64,000 nt of DNA. Source: Auanema rhodensis. Its lineage: Eukaryota; Animalia; Nematoda. Positions within the stretch are counted from its first letter, which is position 1, and each line of letters starts with the position of its first letter. A program made the position numbers and the translations under genes. The stretch lies in assembly GCA_964057225.1 (NCBI GenBank), contig CAXKVF010000077.1, positions 124,001-188,000 on the forward strand, written 5' to 3'. The notes beneath the pieces were generated by a model. That model saw nothing but the letters and a program-made list of their open reading frames with translations, was not told the origin of the DNA and did no database searches. Shown here piece by piece: positions 57,301 to 64,000 of this stretch.

Positions 57301-58955
57301 ACTAATATGGACATGGGGAATCTAATTTTGAAAACCGCATCTCTTTATCTTTCACGTGAAGCGAGTTACATACCAAGTGCACATCACGTGTACATTTAAT
57401 TAGCATAAATTAAAGTTCACGTAAATTTCAAAGTCATGGTTACCATGAACCAATATCAATAAAAATTTGTTTTTAGACTAATATGGACATGGGGAATCTA
57501 ATTTTAAAAACCGCATCTCTTTATCTTTCACGTGAAGCGAGTTACATACCAAGTGCACATCACGTGTACATTTAATTAGCATAAATTAAAGTTCACGTAA
57601 ATTTCAAAGTCATGGTTACCATGCACCAATATCAATAAAAATTTGTTTTTAGACTAATATGGACATGGGGAATCTAATTTTGAAAACCGCATCTCTTCAT
57701 CTTTCACGTGAAGCGAGTTACATACCAAGTGCACATCACGTGTACATTTAATTAGCATAAATTAAAGTTCACGTAAATTTCAAAGTCATGGTTACCATGC
57801 ACCAATATCAATAAAAATTTGTTTTTAGACTAATATGGACATGGGGAATCTAATTTTGAAAACCGCATCTCTTTATCTTTCACGTGAAGCGAGTTACATA
57901 CCAAGTGCACATCACGTGTACATTTAATTAGCATAAATTAAAGTTCACGTAAATTTCAAAGTCATGGTTACCATGAACCAATATCAATAAAAATTTGTTT
58001 TTAGACTAATATGGACATGGGGAATCTAATTTTGAAAACCGCATCTCTTTATCTTTCACGTGAAGCGAGTTACATACCAAGTGCACATCACGTGTACATT
58101 TAATTAGCATAAATTAAAGTTCACGTAACTTTCAAAGTCATGGTTACCATGCACCAATATCAATAAAAATTTGTTTTTAGACTAATATGGACATGGGGAA
58201 TCTAATTTTGAAAACCGCATCTCTTTATCTTTCACGTGAAGCGAGTTACATACCAAGTGCACATCACGTGTACATTTAATTAGCATAAATTAAAGTTCAC
58301 GTAAATTTCAAAGTCATGGTTACCATGCACCAATATCAATAAAAATTTGTTTTTAGACTAATATGGACATGGGGAATCTAATTTTGAAAACCGCATCTCT
58401 TTATCTTTCACGTGAAGCGAGTTACATACCAAGTGCACATCACGTGTACATTTAATTAGCATAAATTAAAGTTCACGTAAATTTCAAAGTCATGGTTACC
58501 ATGAACCAATATCAATAAAAATTTGTTTTCAGACTAATATGGACATGGGGAATCTAATTTTGAAAACCGCATCTCTTTATCTTTCACGTGAAGCGAGTTA
58601 CATACCAAGTGCACATCACGTGTACATTTAATTAGCATAAATTAAAGTTCACGTAAATTTCAAAGTCATGGTTACCATGCACCAATATCAATAAAAATTT
58701 GTTTTTAGACTAATATGGACATGGGGAATCTAATTTTGAAAACCGCATCTATTTATCTTTCACGTGAAGCGAGTTACATACCAAGTGCACATCACGTGTA
58801 CATTTAATTAGCATAAATTAAAGTTCACGTAAATTTCAAAGTCATGGTTACCATGCACCAATATCAATAAAAATTTGTTTTTAGACTAATATGGACATGG
58901 GGAATCTAATTTTGAAAACCGCATCTCTTTATCTTTCACGTGAAGCGAGTTACAT

Positions 58956-61946
58956 ACCAAGTGCACATCACGTGTACATTTAATTAGCATAAATTAAAGT
59001 TCACGTAAATTTCAAAGTCATGGTTACCATGCACCAATATCAATAAAAATTTGTTTTTAGACTAATATGGACATGGGGAATCTAATTTTGAAAACCGCAT
59101 CTCTTCATCTTTCACGTGAAGCGAGTTACATACCAAGTGCACATCACGTGTACATTTAATTAGCATAAATTAAAGTTCACGTAAATTTCAAAGTCATGGT
59201 TACCATGCACCAATATCAATAAAAATTTGTTTTTAGACTAATATGGACATGGGGAATCTAATTTTGAAAACCGCATCTCTTTATCTTTCACGTGAAGCGA
59301 GTTACATACCAAGTGCACATCACGTGTACATTTAATTAGCATAAGTTAAAGTTCACGTAAATTTCAAAGTCATGGTTACCATGCACCAATATCAATAAAA
59401 ATTTGTTTTTAAACTAATATGGACATGGGGAATCTAATTTTGAAAACCGCATCTCTTTATCTTTCACGTGAAGCGAGTTACATACCAAGTGCACATCACG
59501 TGTACATTTAATTAGCATAAATTAAAGTTCACGTAAATTTCAAAGTCATGGTTACCATGCACCAATATCAATAAAAATTTGTTTTTAGACTAATATGGAC
59601 ATGGGGAATCTAATTTGGAAACCGCATCTCTTTAACTTTCACGTGAAGCGAGTTACATACCAAGTGCACATCACGTGTACATTTAATTAGCATAAATTAA
59701 AGTTCACGTAAATTTCAAAGTCATGGTTACCATGCACCAATATCAATAAAAATTTGTTTTTAGACTAATATGGACATGGGGAATCTAATTTTGAAAATCG
59801 CATCTCTTCATCTTTCACGTGAAGCGAGTTACATACCAAGTGCACATCACGTGTACATTTAATTAGCATAAATTAAAGTTCACGTAAATTTCAAAGTCAT
59901 GGTTACCATGCACCAATATCAATAAAAATTTGTTTTTAGACTAATATGGACATGGGGAATCTAATTTTGAAAATCGCATCTCTTTAACTTTCACGTGAAG
60001 CGAGTTACATACCAAGTGCACATCACGTGTACATTTAATTAGCATAAATTAAAGTTCACGTAAATTTCAAAGTCATGGTTACCATGAACCAATATCAATA
60101 AAAATTTGTTTTTAGACTAATATGGACATGGGGAATCTAATTTTGAAAACCGCATCTCTTTATCTTTCACGTGAAGCGAGTTACATACCAAGTGCACATC
60201 ACGTGTACATTTAATTAGCATAAATTAAAGTTCACGTAAATTTCAAAGTCATGGTTACCATGCACCAATATCAATAAAAATTTGTTTTTAGACTAATATG
60301 GACATGGGGAATCTAATTTTGAAAACCGCATCTCTTTAACTTTCACGTGAAGCGAGTTACATACCAAGTGCACATCACGTGTACATTTAATTAGCATAAA
60401 TTAAAGTTCACGTAAATTTCAAAGTCATGGTTACCATGCACCAATATCAATAAAAATTTGTTTTTAGACTAATATGGACATGGGGAATCTAATTTTGAAA
60501 ACCGCATCTCTTTATCTTTCACGTGAAGCGAGTTACATACCAAATGCACATCACGTGTACATTTAATTAGCATAAATTAAAGTTCACGTAACTTTCAAAG
60601 TCATGGTTACCATGCACCAATATCAATAAAAATTTGTTTTTAGACTAATATGGACATGGGGAATCTAATTTTGAAAACCGCATCTCTTTATCTTTCACGT
60701 GAAGCGAGTTACATACCAAGTGCACATCACGTGTACATTTAATTAGCATAAATTAAAGTTCACGTAAATTTCAAAGTCATGGTTACCATGCACCAATATC
60801 AATAAAAATTTGTTTTTAGACTAATATGGACATGGGGAATCTAATTTTGAAAACCGCATCTCTTCATCTTTCACGTGAAGCGAGTTACATACCAAGTGCA
60901 CATCACGTGTACATTTAATTAGCATAAATTAAAGTTCACGTAAATTTCAAAGTCATGGTTACCATGCACCAATATCAATAAAAATTTGTTTTTAGACTAA
61001 TATGGACATGGGGAATCTAATTTTGAAAACCGCATCTCTTTATCTTTCACGTGAAGCGAGTTACATACCAAGTGCACATCACGTGTACATTTAATTAGCA
61101 TAAGTTAAAGTTCACGTAAATTTCAAAGTCATGGTTACCATGCACCAATATCAATAAAAATTTGTTTTTAAACTAATATGGACATGGGGAATCTAATTTT
61201 GAAAACCGCATCTCTTTATCTTTCACGTGAAGCGAGTTACATACCAAGTGCACATCACGTGTACATTTAATTAGCATAAATTAAAGTTCACGTAAATTTC
61301 AAAGTCATGGTTACCATGCACCAATATCAATAAAAATTTGTTTTTAGACTAATATGGACATGGGGAATCTAATTTTGAAAACCGCATCTCTTTAACTTTC
61401 ACGTGAAGCGAGTTACATACCAAGTGCACATCACGTGTACATTTAATTAGCATAAATTAAAGTTCACGTAAATTTCAAAGTCATGGTTACCATGCACCAA
61501 TATCAATAAAAATTTGTTTTTAGACTAATATGGACATGGGGAATCTAATTTTGAAAACCGCATCTCTTCATCTTTCACGTGAAGCGAGTTACATACCAAG
61601 TGCACATCACGTGTACATTTAATTAGCATAAATTAAAGTTCACGTAAATTTCAAAGTCATGGTTACCATGCACCAATATCAATAAAAATTTGTTTTTAGA
61701 CTAATATGGACATGGGGAATCTAATTTTGAAAATCGCATCTCTTTAACTTTCACGTGAAGCGAGTTACATACCAAGTGCACATCACGTGTACATTTAATT
61801 AGCATAAATTAAAGTTCACGTAAATTTCAAAGTCATGGTTACCATGAACCAATATCAATAAAAATTTGTTTTTAGACTAATATGGACATGGGGAATCTAA
61901 TTTTGAAAACCGCATCTCTTTATCTTTCACGTGAAGCGAGTTACAT
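58956..61946. repeat. 7-monomer duplication at a 10-monomer offset (M336-342 and M346-352)
   Basis: The order T151C; A38G+G105A; T153A; T151C; C140T+T153A repeats, with a few differences including the M339 deletion. Confidence 0.75.
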
Positions 61947-64000
61947 ACCAAATGCACATCACGTGTACATTTAATTAGCATAAATTAAAGTTCACGTAAC
62001 TTTCAAAGTCATGGTTACCATGCACCAATATCAATAAAAATTTGTTTTTAGACTAATATGGACATGGGGAATCTAATTTTGAAAACCGCATCTCTTTATC
62101 TTTCACGTGAAGCGAGTTACATACCAAGTGCACATCACGTGTACATTTAATTAGCATAAGTTAAAGTTCACGTAAATTTCAAAGTCATGGTTACCATGCA
62201 CCAATATCAATAAAAATTTGTTTTTAAACTAATATGGACATGGGGAATCTAATTTTGAAAACCGCATCTCTTTATCTTTCACGTGAAGCGAGTTACATAC
62301 CAAGTGCACATCACGTGTACATTTAATTAGCATAAATTAAAGTTCACGTAAATTTCAAAGTCATGGTTACCATGCACCAATATCAATAAAAATTTGTTTT
62401 TAGACTAATATGGACATGGGGAATCTAATTTTGAAAACCGCATCTCTTTAACTTTCACGTGAAGCGAGTTACATACCAAGTGCACATCACGTGTACATTT
62501 AATTAGCATAAATTAAAGTTCACGTAAATTTCAAAGTCATGGTTACCATGCACCAATATCAATAAAAATTTGTTTTTAGACTAATATGGACATGGGGAAT
62601 CTAATTTTGAAAACCGCATCTATTTATCTTTCACGTGAAGCGAGTTACATACCAAGTGCACATCACGTGTACATTTAATTAGCATAAATTAAAGTTCACG
62701 TAAATTTCAAAGTCATGGTTATCATGAACCAATATCAATAAAAATTTGTTTTTAGACTAATATGGACATGGGGAATCTAATTTTGAAAACCGCATCTCTT
62801 TATCTTTCACGTGAAGCGAGTTACATACCGAGTGCACATCACGTGTACATTTAATTAGCATAAATTAAAGTTCACGTAAATTTCAAAGTCATGGTTATCA
62901 TGAACCAATATCAATAAAAATTTGTTTTTAGACTAATATGGACATGGGGAATCTAATTTTGAAAACCGCATCTCTTTAACTTTCACGTGAAGCGAGTTAC
63001 ATACCAAGTGCACATCACGTGTACATTTAATTAGCATAAATTAAAGTTCACGTAAATTTCAAAGTCATGGTTACCATGCACCAATATCAATAAAAATTTG
63101 TTTTTAGACTAATATGGACATGGGGAATCTAATTTTGAAAACCGCATCTCTTTATCTTTCACGTGAAGCGAGTTACAAACCAAGTGCACATCACGTGTAC
63201 ATTTAATTAGCATAAATTAAAGTTCACGTAAATTTCAAAGTCATGGTTACCATGAACCAATATCAATAAAAATTTGTTTTTAGACTAATATGGACATGGG
63301 GAATCTAATTTTGAAAACCGCATCTCTTTATCTTTCACGTGAAGCGAGTTACATACCAAGTGCACATCACGTGTACATTTAATTAGCATAAATTAAAGTT
63401 CACGTAAATTTCAAAGTCATGGTTACCATGAACCAATATCAATAAAAATTTGTTTTTAGACTAATATGGACATGGGGAATCTAATTTTGAAAACCGCATC
63501 TCTTTATCTTTCACGTGAAGCGAGTTACATACCAAGTGCACATCACGTGTACATTTAATTAGCATAAATTAAAGTTCACGTAAATTTCAAAGTCATGGTT
63601 ACCATGAACCAATATCAATAAAAATTTGTTTTTAGACTAATATGGACATGGGGAATCTAATTTTGAAAACCGCATCTCTTTATCTTTCACGTGAAGCGAG
63701 TTACATACCAAGTGCACATCACGTGTACATTTAATTAGCATAAATTAAAGTTCACGTAAATTTCAAAGTCATGGTTACCATGAACCAATATCAATAAAAA
63801 TTTGTTTTTAGACTAATATGGACATGGGGAATCTAATTTTGAAAACCGCATCTCTTTATCTTTCACGTGAAGCGAGTTACATACCAAGTGCACATCACGT
63901 GTACATTTAATTAGCATAAATTAAAGTTCACGTAAATTTCAAAGTCATGGTTACCATGCACCAATATCAATAAAAATTTGTTTTTAGACTAATATGGACA

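Larger units (their letters stand above)
1..64000. repeat. 176-bp tandem satellite DNA array, about 363.7 copies, extending beyond both window edges
   Basis: ACCAAGTGCAC recurs at 1, 177, 353 ... 2641, 5281, 7921 (period 176). After six 1-bp deletions it recurs at 60011 (341x176+1-6) and 63883. No interruption or inversion was seen. Confidence 0.99.
1..64000. other. Candidate centromeric or pericentromeric heterochromatin satellite of a eukaryote
   Basis: Inference only: nucleosome-sized monomer (as in 171-bp alpha satellite and 178-bp Arabidopsis CEN180), very high homogeneity, local higher-order duplications, no transposon insertions. I do not recognise the family. Confidence 0.55.

Noticed and set aside
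1-64000. CRISPR array or other repeat-spacer system
   Set aside because: There are no unique spacers: the whole 176 bp repeats. No leader or cas genes are present.
1-64000. Long repetitive protein-coding ORF
   Set aside because: Consensus pos 25-42 has stop codons in all three frames on both strands (TAA 26, TAG 30, TAA 40; TTA 25, 29, 39), and 176 is not a multiple of 3.
1-64000. Artefactual or synthetic concatemer (rolling-circle product or collapsed assembly)
   Set aside because: Linked variants recur in ordered, nested blocks and regional domains, as expected from real array evolution rather than random read error. Individual blocks still need read validation.

Overview
The whole 64-kb window is one uninterrupted head-to-tail tandem array of a 176-bp AT-rich (about 32% GC) satellite: 363 full monomers plus a 118-bp partial one, all in the same orientation. 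I see no genes, RNA genes, mobile elements, CRISPR spacers or unique sequence. Monomers are about 98-100% identical to the consensus, and only six 1-bp deletions disturb the phase. The monomer length, homogeneity and dense dyad symmetry resemble a eukaryotic centromeric or pericentromeric satellite, but that is inference and I cannot name the family or species. Reading the variants monomer by monomer shows three kinds of structure. First, there are about five consecutive domains with private variants. Second, there are nested block duplications of 2, 3, 5, 7, 9 and 15 monomers, with no single fixed higher-order period. Third, several recurrent variants improve the monomer's own imperfect palindromes. 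I found no evidence of a novel protein-coding system. Monomer positions (pos) are numbered from base 1 of the window, and Mn is the nth monomer. Variant calls were made by eye and may miss some.
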